Shown: positions 27,670 through 40,136 of the stretch, piece by piece
Position numbering within the stretch: position 1 is the stretch's first letter
How the letters are laid out: the number at the start of each line of letters is the position of its first letter
NCBI GenBank assembly: GCA_964478815.1
Contig: CAYZKY010000009.1
Location: 5,182-69,181 of the forward strand
From: an uncultured Verrucomicrobiota bacterium
Lineage (GTDB): Bacteria > Verrucomicrobiota > Verrucomicrobiia > Limisphaerales > SXQI01
Length of the DNA: 64,000 bases
Direction: 5' to 3'
Translations under genes and position numbers: made by a program
The notes under the pieces: model-generated
The model's database searches: none
What the model was told of the DNA's origin: nothing
The model's input: the letters and a program-made list of their open reading frames with translations, nothing else

Positions 27670-29262
27670 TCAAATCTCCGGTTCGGATGGCGCCGCGCGA
27701 CCTTTCCGGCGCAGGCGCAGGGCGGACAGGGCCATCCGGTCCTCTGGATCGAACCCGAGAAGCCAAAGTCCGGCGCAAACAACGAGCACAAGCACCGTTC
27801 CCGCAATGCCGACAATCGCCATGGCTCCAAATCCAGCGCTCACCAACCACAATCTGAGGTAGAACGCCAACACGCACCCTGCCCCGATGGCCAGAACGCC
27901 TTTGAGATGCCCGGGGGTAAAGGCATGGAATTTGTAAATGCAGTAGACCTGGACTGCCTTGACCAGGCTCATCACCGTAATCGTCGACGCGGTGGCAATC
28001 GCCGCGCCGAGGATGCCGTAGCGGCGGACCAAGAGGAGATTCAATGCCAAATTCACGATGAGCAACACCGCGGTATTGGCGATTTCCCACTTTTGCCGCC
28101 CCGTCATGATCAGCACCTGACCGGTAGGGCCGCCGAGCGAGCGAAAAAGCTGACCCAGACAAAGGATAAGGATGAGCGGGGCTCCCGCCGTGAAGCCGGG
28201 CCCGAAGAGCAATCGCAGGAGTTCGACCCGGAAGACCATGAGGAACGCGCAAGCGGCCAAAGCACCGTAGAAGATCCACTTGGTTACACTACCGAACAGT
28301 CCCCGGAGAGCAGGCAAATCCTTCTCTTCGTGTAGTTGCGAGAACAACGGCGCCAGAATCGGCAATACGACTTCGATCCCGACAGCGACGAGTGCCGAAA
28401 GCCGGACGGCCACGGAATAGACACCAACCTTCTCCTCATCGACAAAGTAGCCCAGGATAATAATATCCAACTGGCCGATCAGGTAGTAGCTGAGGCCGAT
28501 CAACCACAAAGGCGACGAGAAACGCAGGAACTCGGCGAATCGCTGCGATTCGGGCGAAGCAGCGCTTCGCTTCGGAAGTTGCCGCAATAGGAAAGCTACC
28601 AAGAACCCCAGCGCCAGCGCGTGCGAGAGGGTTCTCACCCAGACGACCGAGACCAATTGTCCGCCAAGAAAGGCTACCGCGGCAAGCAGGGCCAGATTGG
28701 CGGCCGGCCACAGCATATTGGTGATGGAAGATGCATAGTCGGCGCGCTTTAACGCGATGACCCCGGCCGCGGAAAGCGTCACCATCGCCAAAATAGGCAG
28801 GTAGAACGCATAAGCCCGCAATGCTGTGACCATGCTCGCTGAGTGAAAGTAGTGATTCGCCAAAAATGGGGCACCATAATATAACACTGCGCTGAACACA
28901 CAAGAAGCCAGGAGGACAAACGAGAGGCTTCGAATGAAGAGCGTTCGCTTGGCCTCCGGACACCGAGCTTCCAGGACAGGAAGGTACCGCATGAGTCCTT
29001 TGTCCTGCCCCAAAACGCAAAAGCTGCTCGCCAATTGCGCCACCACCAAACCCAACTGGTATTGCCCCAACGCCGCCGCTCCCAGCATCCGAGCCAACAG
29101 GACGTTGATGCCAAGTCCGATTAAAAAGAACGCTCCTTTGCCGAGAACGACTGCGGCAGCTTGACGAGTGACGCTGGTTACTGCCTTCGCGAGACTCTTC
29201 CCGCCGGCGCTGGAACCGGGCAAGCGGGCCGGAGATTCGACTTGGACAGTGGTGTGCGCCAT
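27670..29262 (-). CDS. Wzx-type oligosaccharide flippase (polysaccharide biosynthesis protein, MOP superfamily)
   Basis: Start at ATG 29262. About 12-14 TM helices with a typical N-terminal ...GKGAFFLIGLGINVLLARMLG. Confidence 0.75.
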   Translation of the reverse strand: MAHTTVQVESPARLPGSSAGGKSLAKAVTSVTRQAAAVVLGKGAFFLIGLGINVLLARMLGAAALGQYQLGLVVAQLASSFCVLGQDKGLMRYLPVLEARCPEAKRTLFIRSLSFVLLASCVFSAVLYYGAPFLANHYFHSASMVTALRAYAFYLPILAMVTLSAAGVIALKRADYASSITNMLWPAANLALLAAVAFLGGQLVSVVWVRTLSHALALGFLVAFLLRQLPKRSAASPESQRFAEFLRFSSPLWLIGLSYYLIGQLDIIILGYFVDEEKVGVYSVAVRLSALVAVGIEVVLPILAPLFSQLHEEKDLPALRGLFGSVTKWIFYGALAACAFLMVFRVELLRLLFGPGFTAGAPLILILCLGQLFRSLGGPTGQVLIMTGRQKWEIANTAVLLIVNLALNLLLVRRYGILGAAIATASTITVMSLVKAVQVYCIYKFHAFTPGHLKGVLAIGAGCVLAFYLRLWLVSAGFGAMAIVGIAGTVLVLVVCAGLWLLGFDPEDRMALSALRLRRKGRAAPSEPEI

Positions 29263-29312
29263 CAATATGTGCCGGGAGGAATTCCCTCGATAGCAAGACC
29301 AGTTTTCGTGAC

Positions 29313-30251
29313 TCAAGCAAACTGTCGGGGCACCTGCCACGCGGGACGGTAACCGCACAGCTCGCTCAAAGCTTCAGGCTCGTGCGCGTAATACTCCCTG
29401 ACCAAACGCCTGATCTCCCCGGACATGACCAGCGAGTCATCTTCCGTGACATTGACCCGCGTGTAGAAGCGCTGAACCCCCGGCTTTAGCAGAAGAAAGA
29501 GCTTTCGCACTGGAGCCAGCGGACGGACCGCGCTGCGAAGTTGTTGGAGAAAGGTTGTATAGAATTTATGAACCTTCGGGAAACGGACCTGGCGGCCTTT
29601 GTTAAATACTTCGAAATTGTAGTTCGCGTAGAGAGAGGCATCAATGCCGGCGAACTCACAGAGCGATGACATGAAAGCTGCCGGGTTTTCACTCAGGGTA
29701 TCGTAGGAAAGAATGCGGACGGCATCTCCGCCGAACGCCTCCACGAAAGATTTAAGATACACAGAATATCGCCCGCTCTGAAGCGCGCAAAGCGCGGGAT
29801 GCGGCAGCCCCTCGGGATAATAGCTTTGGCGCGCGGCCTGACGCTGGATGAAATCATCGAAGTGGATGTCGGAAGGCAATTCGTTCATCGCCTTGCCAAA
29901 GCGATACCACGAAAGTAATCGCGAAATCGGCTCCCTCAAAATGAAGACGAACCGGACCGTGCCCAAACTGTCCCGCATGTTCTTGGCCGTCCCGCGTGAA
30001 TGGAGATAGTCCGGCGTCGCTTCAAATCGCCACGCTTGAGCGTTCCCCGCCGGAAAATACGTGTCGTATTCGGCGGCTCCATGGGTCGAAAACCGCCGCT
30101 CCGACGGCAGTGGATAATCCGCATCCAGGAAAAATCGAGTCTCTTTGGCCCGGGCTGGAGTGATCTGTGGATGGCCGGCAAGGTAATTGAATACCGAGGT
30201 GGTGCCGGCTTTGCTGGTCCCGCCGACTATGAGATACCGGTTATCCTTCAT
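29313..30251 (-). CDS. PAPS-dependent sulfotransferase
   Basis: 5'-PSB loop GGTSKAGTTS and 3'-PB motif LREPISRLLS. Cytoplasmic, 312 aa. Confidence 0.8.
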   Translation of the reverse strand: MKDNRYLIVGGTSKAGTTSVFNYLAGHPQITPARAKETRFFLDADYPLPSERRFSTHGAAEYDTYFPAGNAQAWRFEATPDYLHSRGTAKNMRDSLGTVRFVFILREPISRLLSWYRFGKAMNELPSDIHFDDFIQRQAARQSYYPEGLPHPALCALQSGRYSVYLKSFVEAFGGDAVRILSYDTLSENPAAFMSSLCEFAGIDASLYANYNFEVFNKGRQVRFPKVHKFYTTFLQQLRSAVRPLAPVRKLFLLLKPGVQRFYTRVNVTEDDSLVMSGEIRRLVREYYAHEPEALSELCGYRPAWQVPRQFA

Positions 30252-30271
30252 GCTGCTGAGCTTGGTTGGGA

Positions 30272-32140
30272 CTATCCGGCAATAGCTGCCGCGAGAGTAT
30301 GATCAGCCTTCGAACGCATGACGCCGCGGACCGTGTCAGGCCCAGGATTGGCGGAGTTGCTCATCATCAATCGATCAACCGCCTCCAAGGTCAAGGCGGC
30401 ATTGATTTCCAACACGAAATTCTTCCGGCCGCTTGCGTGAGCCTCGCTCATAGCAGCCAGCCCTGTCCTATCCAGGCAGGAGAGTTGTGCAGCGCGATCA
30501 AGCCGATCACGCACCGTTTCAACCAACTGCGTTCGAAACCATCGTCGGTAGTGAAGGTGCTTATGGATGCCCAAGAGTCCGAAACTCGCGGAGAAGAATT
30601 GGAAGAGCCCCTCCAGCGGTGCCAATGCGTTGGGGTAGCCTTCATTGTTCATGTAATCCAGCTTGAACGTGAACTTGGACCAAGCGGAGCGGCAAATCCG
30701 ACGGAATTCGGAATCATTCCCAAGATCACCTTTGTCCGTTGCTATGCTGGCAAGCTCTGGACTTAAGGCGCGCACCAAATTCAAACCGGGCAGCCGAGAC
30801 GCCCGGCTTTCGACTGGCGCCCGATAGGCCAAGGCGACAAAATCGTTGTCTAGATAAGGTGTGCGAAACGTCAGTTGAGAGCGTCCTGCCGCCATCGTGC
30901 CAAATAGGCTCCACGGCACTTCATGAAACGCAGCGAATGTCACCGGGTGATGGCGGGTCTCTGACCATGCGGCTGCGGCGCTCTGAGTCGCCGATTCGAG
31001 GCCGGGCGCCAAAAATGTTCGTTGCAACGGAAGAGGCTTAAATGTCGAGACGCCTCGAAGAATCTCGCCCCCGAAGTTGCCGGTAACCCGGATCGGAGCC
31101 AATTTCCGCGCCTTGCGGCTCATGTAGATCTCGTGGCTTCCCGTCACCCCCGCACAGCCATCGGTCACGTAAACGGTCTTGTCGGCGAGCTGGCCAAAAT
31201 CCCGGAAAAAATCCGGCTCGATCCGCAGCAGATGGTGCGGCAGATGCAACCGCCCGGCCACCGCCTTCGCGATGCTGCCGTCGAGTGTCGTGGCGTGCTC
31301 ACCCGCATAGGTATAACACTGAGGCGCCGAGCTAAATTTCTCCACCGCCGCCAAAATCATGCGTGTGTCCAGTCCAGCGGTGAGAGAAACGCCGACCGGC
31401 AGCTCCGAGTCAAAATACGCAGGGGCAACCGACTGGAGCTTTTCCCGCAGCTCTACTTCATACCGGGACGGAGGAAGCGCCTCTTGACTCTCCCAAGCGG
31501 AAGGTCGGAAATAAACGTCTCGCGCAAGCCGGTTGCCGTCCCATGCCAGGATGCTGGCCCCTGATTCAAGCTCTACTCCGCGGAACAGCGTCTTGCGACC
31601 GAGCTGACATCCAAAAGTGATAAACTGCGCGACTCCTTCGCTGTCGAAAGCGCGACAATCCGGAAGCACCCGGAGCAGCGCTTTTGCCTCCGAAGCAAAA
31701 AAGACACCATCGCTGGTCTGCGCCGAATATAACCGCTCCACGCCGTAGCGATCATTGAAGACGTACGAGGTTCGGGAGCGTGCGTCGATGATGACACCGG
31801 CAAACAATCCATTCAACCGTTCGACAAATCGGATTCCCTCCTTCAAGTAAGCGTTCAGCCAATGCTCAAGCAATGCTGCTCGTGATAGTTTGGCCCGGGG
31901 GGACTGAAACAATTCTCCCGTCAGCAGCAAGGTGACAGCGCCTCCGGCAGCGACCCCTGGTGGATGGGAACCAAGGGTTCCGGGCAGGGCCGACCAGCCG
32001 ATATAAGCACCTTGCGATGCGTAGGACTTGGAATCAACGAGATAGAACGGCTCGTGCTGCAATGAATCCAGCATCGTACGAAGCGAAACTTCGCACAACT
32101 CCGCGGGCAAGTTACTCAGAATGCCGACGATGCCAGGCAT
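30272..32140 (-). CDS. asparagine-synthase-like protein with degenerate catalytic motifs
   Basis: AsnB-like architecture, but the N-terminus is MPGIVG (no Cys2 nucleophile) and the PP-loop reads SLTAGLDT instead of SGGLDS. Confidence 0.7.
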   Translation of the reverse strand: MPGIVGILSNLPAELCEVSLRTMLDSLQHEPFYLVDSKSYASQGAYIGWSALPGTLGSHPPGVAAGGAVTLLLTGELFQSPRAKLSRAALLEHWLNAYLKEGIRFVERLNGLFAGVIIDARSRTSYVFNDRYGVERLYSAQTSDGVFFASEAKALLRVLPDCRAFDSEGVAQFITFGCQLGRKTLFRGVELESGASILAWDGNRLARDVYFRPSAWESQEALPPSRYEVELREKLQSVAPAYFDSELPVGVSLTAGLDTRMILAAVEKFSSAPQCYTYAGEHATTLDGSIAKAVAGRLHLPHHLLRIEPDFFRDFGQLADKTVYVTDGCAGVTGSHEIYMSRKARKLAPIRVTGNFGGEILRGVSTFKPLPLQRTFLAPGLESATQSAAAAWSETRHHPVTFAAFHEVPWSLFGTMAAGRSQLTFRTPYLDNDFVALAYRAPVESRASRLPGLNLVRALSPELASIATDKGDLGNDSEFRRICRSAWSKFTFKLDYMNNEGYPNALAPLEGLFQFFSASFGLLGIHKHLHYRRWFRTQLVETVRDRLDRAAQLSCLDRTGLAAMSEAHASGRKNFVLEINAALTLEAVDRLMMSNSANPGPDTVRGVMRSKADHTLAAAIAG

Positions 32141-32204
32141 GAAATCTTTACAGAATCGGAGGCGATCACCCGGTGAATTCCAAGGGATCGCAACAAGCTT
32201 TACT

Positions 32205-33197
32205 CTAAGTCGAACTTTGCGCCGGCGCGGGGGCTTGTGCCAGCGCCGCTTCGCTGGCGTGCTGCTTTTGGTAATACGACGCGCGCAATTTGAGCAACCA
32301 CTGAGTCAATCCGAACGGGAGAAACGTCTTCGGATCGCGATAAAGCCGGAGTCGAACCGCCAATTGACCCTTCAAAGTCAACGGAACGAAATAACGAGGG
32401 TACTCCCGTTCTTCAAACCCGTTGTGGCGCTTGAACTCGGTCAGAGAACTTGTCTTCTTGCCGGAAAAACGATATTCGCCATAAACGAAGTAAGCAATTC
32501 CCTTTGCGGCGCACACCTCGACCGCTTTGGCAAGCAGGGCGTTCGTGGGCCGCTTACTGTGATATTTATCGCCACTGATGACATGCATGGTCTTCGCGAA
32601 GTTGTCGACGTAAACCATCTTGATGAAGCCGACCATTTCATCGCCCAGAAAAGCCCCGATATACTCCGCGCGCTCGCAATAAGTCCCGACGATGTCTTTG
32701 ACCTGTTCGAACGATTTGTTGAAGTGCCAGAACCTGCGTCCCTGCCGGTAGGGCGTTTCGTCGAACAACCGCTTGACCGCCGCGACGAAAGTGTCGTCGA
32801 ACGGAACCACCCTGGCTTCGACCCCTTCCCGTTTCGCTCTTCGAATGTTTTCCTTCACGTCCTTTCGGATGCGGTTCTTGAGCCAATCGTCGTAGGTGGT
32901 GATTGGAATCACCGCGAAATTGTGCCGCTCGCAGTAGTAGGGGAAGTGCGGTTCCGGGTCGGCAAATTTTTGAGGAAAAATAAAAATATCCGGACGCCCC
33001 TTCCACTCCCGAAGCCGGTTTACCGCCCCGACAGGATCAGGCAACACCTCCCCATTGACGAAGGTTTCATCCTTCACGGTGGCGATCTTCAGCCATTTTC
33101 CGGCGACGAGGATCGTGCGGCCATGCAGTTCAATCGCCGGCAACACTGTATCCTGACCTCGAATCCGACTGGTAGTTTGGGTAATCTTGAGTTCCAT
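32205..33197 (-). CDS. FemAB-like / Acetyltransf_6 GNAT-fold protein
   Basis: Start at ATG 33197 (MELKITQ...). Family call is by resemblance to EPS-locus FemAB-like proteins; no catalytic motif verified. Confidence 0.55.
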   Translation of the reverse strand: MELKITQTTSRIRGQDTVLPAIELHGRTILVAGKWLKIATVKDETFVNGEVLPDPVGAVNRLREWKGRPDIFIFPQKFADPEPHFPYYCERHNFAVIPITTYDDWLKNRIRKDVKENIRRAKREGVEARVVPFDDTFVAAVKRLFDETPYRQGRRFWHFNKSFEQVKDIVGTYCERAEYIGAFLGDEMVGFIKMVYVDNFAKTMHVISGDKYHSKRPTNALLAKAVEVCAAKGIAYFVYGEYRFSGKKTSSLTEFKRHNGFEEREYPRYFVPLTLKGQLAVRLRLYRDPKTFLPFGLTQWLLKLRASYYQKQHASEAALAQAPAPAQSST

Positions 33198-33214
33198 AGG
33201 AACGGAAATGGCTG

Positions 33215-35105
<1,891 letters not shown>

Positions 35106-35131
<26 letters not shown>

Positions 35132-36398
35132 GATGATCTCGCACCTTCCGCGATGCTCCGCTGGTTTCGAACTCGTAAAACGCCAAGGCGCGGAACATCT
35201 GCGATTGAGCCCAGCGATGCATCGGAACGTTGTCCCATCCGATATGGAGCATGCGCGCCCGGAACGAGCCGTCCGGCTTGATCCAGTGGGTCGCGATATC
35301 CCGGACGACAGCACCGAGATTTGCGTCCAACTGTGGAAACCGGTCGCGCAGCAGCAGGCAAAGATTGATGGCTTCCGCACAGTCGTAGAGCTCCCGTTTG
35401 TAAACGGTGAGGCGCGGAGCCTTGGAAAAAGGTTGAGGAAGCCCCTCGGCGTCGAACAGATGCCGTTGGTAGTAGGCAACGCCCCGGGCCAGCGCCTCCA
35501 ACGTCCGAGCATGGCCGGTCAAGGAATGGAGCTTGGCCAGCGCCTTCATGACGAAGCAGGTGTGGAAGTGGTCGACGAAATCGCGAACGCCATCGACGGC
35601 GTAGTACCAAGAACCATCCGGATTCTGGTGGTCGAGCACGAAGTTAAGATTCTTCTCGGCAATGGTCCAGTAATCCTCCCGCTCGAGGGCTTTTGCCGCC
35701 GCCGTCAGCATGAACGCGCGATAGGCCGAGGCATTGATCACTCCACCCTTTTCGTCCGGATGATACGAACAGGTGCTGGCGGTCGACGACACTGGAAAAT
35801 CCTTGATGTCGGTGGTCGCATGCCGGGCAATCGACTCCAAGAGTTCCCGCCGGTGCGGCACCGCGCTGAGCGAGTCGACCTGCTGGATGGCTTCGAAAAC
35901 GTAGGGCGTGCTCGTGATCAGCGGCGTCTGAGCCTTGATGGTGCCGTTCCGGGTCACCCAGTCGAACGGATAGCCCCAACAAAACTCCCTGAATCCGGGG
36001 CAGCGCGTCGTTTCGAGAACTTCGATAAAATGCTCGGCCTTGGCGAGATCCTTCGGCTCACCGGCGGTTTGATAGCGATAGCCGAACCCCATCGCGTAAT
36101 GCGCATCGGCGATCGGGAAGCGAATCGGCTTGTGAAACAAGCGGCGCGCGGAAGGCACAAACGCCTCGCAGAAGATCATCGGAGCAACCGCGGCCGTCCC
36201 CAGAAGCCGCCCCTTTGTGTAGTAGAACTCCTTGGCCCGGCTGCCGATCGGTCCCGCGAAGAAGCTTTGGTGGTCCCACGAGAGTTCCCCGTAACCTTCA
36301 AGCCAGCGCGTAAACGACTCCAACGCCACAGAGACCCGCTCCAACACGGGATCGTGCGGAGGACTTGGCCGCGTTCGCCGATCTTCGTTGGTCGTCAT
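35106..36398 (-). CDS. hypothetical protein, possibly an (alpha/alpha)6-toroid fold enzyme
   Basis: ATG 36398 forms an ATGA overlap with the upstream stop. About 430 aa, with repeated aromatic-rich helical segments (DGSWYYAVD..DHFHTCFVMKAL). The fold guess is weak. Confidence 0.5.
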
Positions 36399-38194
36399 GA
36401 GCACTTCACCCCGTCCATCGATTCGCCAGAGGTCATGGATTTGGATCCGCGGGCCGTGAAGGTCCTCTTGGCCTTGACGACATAATTGTCCCTGACCTCG
36501 GAAAGGTACCGGCGCAGCATCGTCTTCATCTTCGACCGGGCGCTCTCGCTACTTAACACCTTGCCCGCATACTTCTGAAATGTAATAGCGACATCGGCGG
36601 ATTGCCCCGGCTCCAAGGCCACTTCGAATCGAGCAAGTCCCTTCAACGCGGACCACTCGATTTTCAGGCCATTCGCATGAATCTCCCGGATGGCCGTAGC
36701 GCTGGCTTCCTTTTTTTGGATTCGGTAGATCAAACGCGAACCGGTTCGATTCTCCAAACGGAGTTCGGCTCCGAACATTTCGATCTCCATCAGGCCCGGC
36801 GCCGCCTGACGTTGGCGGTAGCCTCGTCGAACCACTTCTCCCAAACTCCGCCAGACTGGACGAGGAACCAATCGATTGAGCTGGTCGACGAGCCGGGTGA
36901 TTCCCGCACACTGGTCCTGGCAGTAATCGTGATGAATCACAATCAAGCAGGGCTTGCCCAGCAAGACGTCGAAGGCGAAGTTTTCGATTCCCTGGTTCGG
37001 ATAGCGGCGGGTGAAGAGAGGAAAATCGCCATAGGTCATCGCCGCGACGTTCCAGACATCGGCAATGGTGACTTTCGGAGGCTTCGGGTCGGTGCTCACC
37101 ACCTCCGTATTCACCGCCGCCGCAAAACCGCTCTGCTTGAGCACTTCCATCGCGGCGTTGGAGAAAATGCCCTGGGGAAACACCATCACCCGGTCATGCG
37201 CGATGCCGGTGCTCTGTTCGTGCCGAGACATGCGTTCGACGGCCTGGCGAGCCTTCCACGCCAATAGTTCAATATCCGGAGTCCCAAACTCTCCCGCGGT
37301 GTGGTCGCAGCCATGCACCGAAAGGGAGTAACGGTCCGCATGATCGCGGAACATCTTCGCGATGCGCGAACTGCTCCGGCGCCAATTCCAGGGGATGAAG
37401 GCGATATTGGTGGAAAAATCATGCCGGAGCATCAGCCGCAAGAGTTCATCGTAATTCACGAATCCGTATTGCGGTTTGAGCAATGGATCATCGATGATCA
37501 GGCAGGCATTGTTCTCCGGCGCGTGCCAGGCCGACATCGGGAACGCCCATCGGATATACATCACGACGGGAGCGGCCGATAGCAGATGGCCGCGGACATC
37601 GAAATTGTGCTCCGCCAGTTCCTGTTCGAGATCCAGCACCTCCGCGACGGAGAGGATGATCGGAACGCCCAAGCAGGCTCCGCGGACCATGGCGGAAGCC
37701 GATCCCGAATCGAGGAGAGACACGAGGCCGGAAGCGACTTGAAACACGACCGCCGGGAGACCTAGAAGCCGATCACCCGAAACCCCCAGACCGGTGAGCG
37801 GACCCGTCAACTCCCCATGGTCGCTGGCAACTGTCCAACAAGTCTTCCCGCCCGGAAAGGGCACGGCGATCGAGCCGGGCGAGAGATGCCGCAACAAATC
37901 GTTCCAGCCCTCGACTTCAGAATGGGAGGAGACAAACGCCGAATGAACGGTGCCACGCCACCAGTCTGCCACCGCTGGCTGCCCTGAACAATGGGCTAGG
38001 AGTTTCGCCAACACGTCCGCAGATGCGAACAATCGAACTTTCGAACTTGCCGACGGCCCGGGGACGACCTCGGCGAGCAATTGGGCCGGCGGGACGACTC
38101 GCCATTTCACGCCGAAAAAGTCGAGAATTCGGGCGACTCGACCCAATGGTCCGGCGGGGCCGAACTCGCCCAACAACCACGCTTCTTCGTCCAT
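36395..38194 (-). CDS. polysaccharide-deacetylase-like protein with an N-terminal domain of unknown function
   Basis: Start at ATG 38194 (MDEEAWLL...). Central LIIDDPLLKP...FIPWNW...SVHGCDHT region resembles NodB/DUF2334-type deacetylase folds. Confidence 0.5.
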   Translation of the reverse strand: MDEEAWLLGEFGPAGPLGRVARILDFFGVKWRVVPPAQLLAEVVPGPSASSKVRLFASADVLAKLLAHCSGQPAVADWWRGTVHSAFVSSHSEVEGWNDLLRHLSPGSIAVPFPGGKTCWTVASDHGELTGPLTGLGVSGDRLLGLPAVVFQVASGLVSLLDSGSASAMVRGACLGVPIILSVAEVLDLEQELAEHNFDVRGHLLSAAPVVMYIRWAFPMSAWHAPENNACLIIDDPLLKPQYGFVNYDELLRLMLRHDFSTNIAFIPWNWRRSSSRIAKMFRDHADRYSLSVHGCDHTAGEFGTPDIELLAWKARQAVERMSRHEQSTGIAHDRVMVFPQGIFSNAAMEVLKQSGFAAAVNTEVVSTDPKPPKVTIADVWNVAAMTYGDFPLFTRRYPNQGIENFAFDVLLGKPCLIVIHHDYCQDQCAGITRLVDQLNRLVPRPVWRSLGEVVRRGYRQRQAAPGLMEIEMFGAELRLENRTGSRLIYRIQKKEASATAIREIHANGLKIEWSALKGLARFEVALEPGQSADVAITFQKYAGKVLSSESARSKMKTMLRRYLSEVRDNYVVKAKRTFTARGSKSMTSGESMDGVKCS

Positions 38195-38226
38195 GATTCT
38201 GCCCAGGGGCGCCTTCCAACTCCCTG

Positions 38227-39180
38227 CTATTTCGCCGCAGCCGGCTTTTGCGCCACCACCACGGATCGCATCGCCCTGGACGAAGCGACGCCGTTCAATA
38301 GCGGTGTCATCGCCCGCAGAAAGCGGCACATGAAGGGGCCGGCAGAATGGGGAATCCAGCAGAAGTGGCCCTGGCGAAGAACCTTGAAACCGGCTTGCTC
38401 GAACGGCGTCACATACTGCTGGAGGCTCGGGATAAAGCACTCCTCGTCCGACTCCTTCGTGATGCCCAGCCGATTCTTGATGGCACTCCGGAAGAACAGG
38501 AAGCGATCACTCATGTCGATGTTCACGCACACTCCGCCGGGAGCGAGCAGTTTGTAAATGTCGCGCGTGCAATCCAGCTCCTTTTTGGCCCGGTGGCAGT
38601 AACGGAAGGTGTTGACGCCGAAAATAAAATGGAACGACCCTTCGAGTTCGGCCTTGGCAAGGCCCGTTCCCGCGGAGAGGTCTTGCACAAGAGTTTCGTT
38701 CAGGCCGACGAAAAACTCGGGCTTCACGCGCGCCTTGTCGCTCAAGTAAGTCTTGGCCTCTTTGCGGGCCGCCTCGATCAGGACGGGCGAAAAGTCCGTT
38801 CCAAACGCTCGCTCCACCTTCGTATCCGATTTCCCCAAAATGGATAGCAGATGGACCAGGTTCATCCCGCCGCCACAGCCGAACTCCAATACCCGAATTC
38901 CTCGCCGGCGGGTTTCCGCCGGGATGAGGTTCAAGGCGTTCATGTATACTTCCTTGTAATCGTTCTCCAACAGAAAGCTGATGCCATACCCGGCGGTCGC
39001 TTTCGTATATTTTTGGATGGCTTCGTCCGACGTGTACTCGATGAAGAATGGATCGCTTTGCGTATTCGTTTGCATAATCTGTAATTTGTTTTGGGTGGCC
39101 CCATCCGCCTCCCTCCGCAGCGCGCGGACGTGGGTGGGAAGGGATGGAAAAGTAACGGTGAATTTTGTTCGATCTTTCAC
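38227..39180 (-). CDS. class I SAM-dependent methyltransferase
   Basis: Motif I VLEFGCGGGMN. The alternative start ATG 39075 is equally possible. Confidence 0.75.
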   Translation of the reverse strand: MKDRTKFTVTFPSLPTHVRALRREADGATQNKLQIMQTNTQSDPFFIEYTSDEAIQKYTKATAGYGISFLLENDYKEVYMNALNLIPAETRRRGIRVLEFGCGGGMNLVHLLSILGKSDTKVERAFGTDFSPVLIEAARKEAKTYLSDKARVKPEFFVGLNETLVQDLSAGTGLAKAELEGSFHFIFGVNTFRYCHRAKKELDCTRDIYKLLAPGGVCVNIDMSDRFLFFRSAIKNRLGITKESDEECFIPSLQQYVTPFEQAGFKVLRQGHFCWIPHSAGPFMCRFLRAMTPLLNGVASSRAMRSVVVAQKPAAAK

Positions 39181-39209
39181 CGGAAGATGAGGCCGGCGAA
39201 AGGGTTTCT

Positions 39210-40136
39210 CTATCTGGGTTGTTCTGCCTGAGTGCCGACTTGAAAGCTATCCACCTTCTTGAATTGCAGGAGGGCGGAGAAAATGGTCTTTAGTTTGCTC
39301 ATTTGATCGCGGCGGTGGTACTCCATCATCTCACGGCTCACCGGCCTGTGCGTGCGAGTGAGGGCCGACCAGCAATAACCCCAAAACAGGGCCAGCGCTC
39401 CGACCAGGAACGGCTTTCGCGGGATGCGGTACACCACCCGAAACAAATGCCAGAGCGGGGATCCCCCCAGGTAATAAGCGCGTTCGCCGTATTCGAAACT
39501 CGCCCGCAATTTGCTTTTCTCGGCCGTGCCCAGCGGGCGGTAGTGGTGGAAACGCTTCTCCCGAAAGCATCGAACCTTCCAGCCTTTCATCCGCGCCGCC
39601 ATCACGGCGATCCAATCGATCCCTCCAGCCCGGTTGGGCACATACCCCCCGACCTCACGAAAACACTGGGAGCGAAACAATTGGCATCCGCCCGCCACGT
39701 AGTTCTCCCCTTCAAAACTGTCCGTGGCCGAATCGTACCCGTCATCCTGGGTAAAGGGGGTCCCCGCCACGCCCAACTTCGGATCCTGCTCGAAGCGGGA
39801 CATCAGAAACTCGAAATACTGCGGTTCGAACGAGAGGTCGGCATCCAGGTTTCCCACCACCTCGTACTCCAGATCCTTGACCCGCTCGTAACCGGCGTTG
39901 AACGCCTTGACTTTGGCGGCAAAACTCCGGTCTTCCCGGGCGCCGCGCCGAACCAGTTCGATCCAAGGATGCTGCCGCGCGTATTCCGCCACGATTTCGG
40001 CCGTGCGATCCGTTGAGTTATCGTCGACAACCACGTAACGTTCCGGACGATGCGTTTGGCCGACGACGGAATCGAGAAGCCGTCCGATGTTGGCTTCTTC
40101 GTTGCGCGCGGGACTGATAATGACGTATTTGATCAT
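39210..40136 (-). CDS. glycosyltransferase family 2
   Basis: VIISPARNEE, VVDDNSTD and the NLDAD (DxD) motif. C-terminal TM segments. Confidence 0.8.
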   Translation of the reverse strand: MIKYVIISPARNEEANIGRLLDSVVGQTHRPERYVVVDDNSTDRTAEIVAEYARQHPWIELVRRGAREDRSFAAKVKAFNAGYERVKDLEYEVVGNLDADLSFEPQYFEFLMSRFEQDPKLGVAGTPFTQDDGYDSATDSFEGENYVAGGCQLFRSQCFREVGGYVPNRAGGIDWIAVMAARMKGWKVRCFREKRFHHYRPLGTAEKSKLRASFEYGERAYYLGGSPLWHLFRVVYRIPRKPFLVGALALFWGYCWSALTRTHRPVSREMMEYHRRDQMSKLKTIFSALLQFKKVDSFQVGTQAEQPR

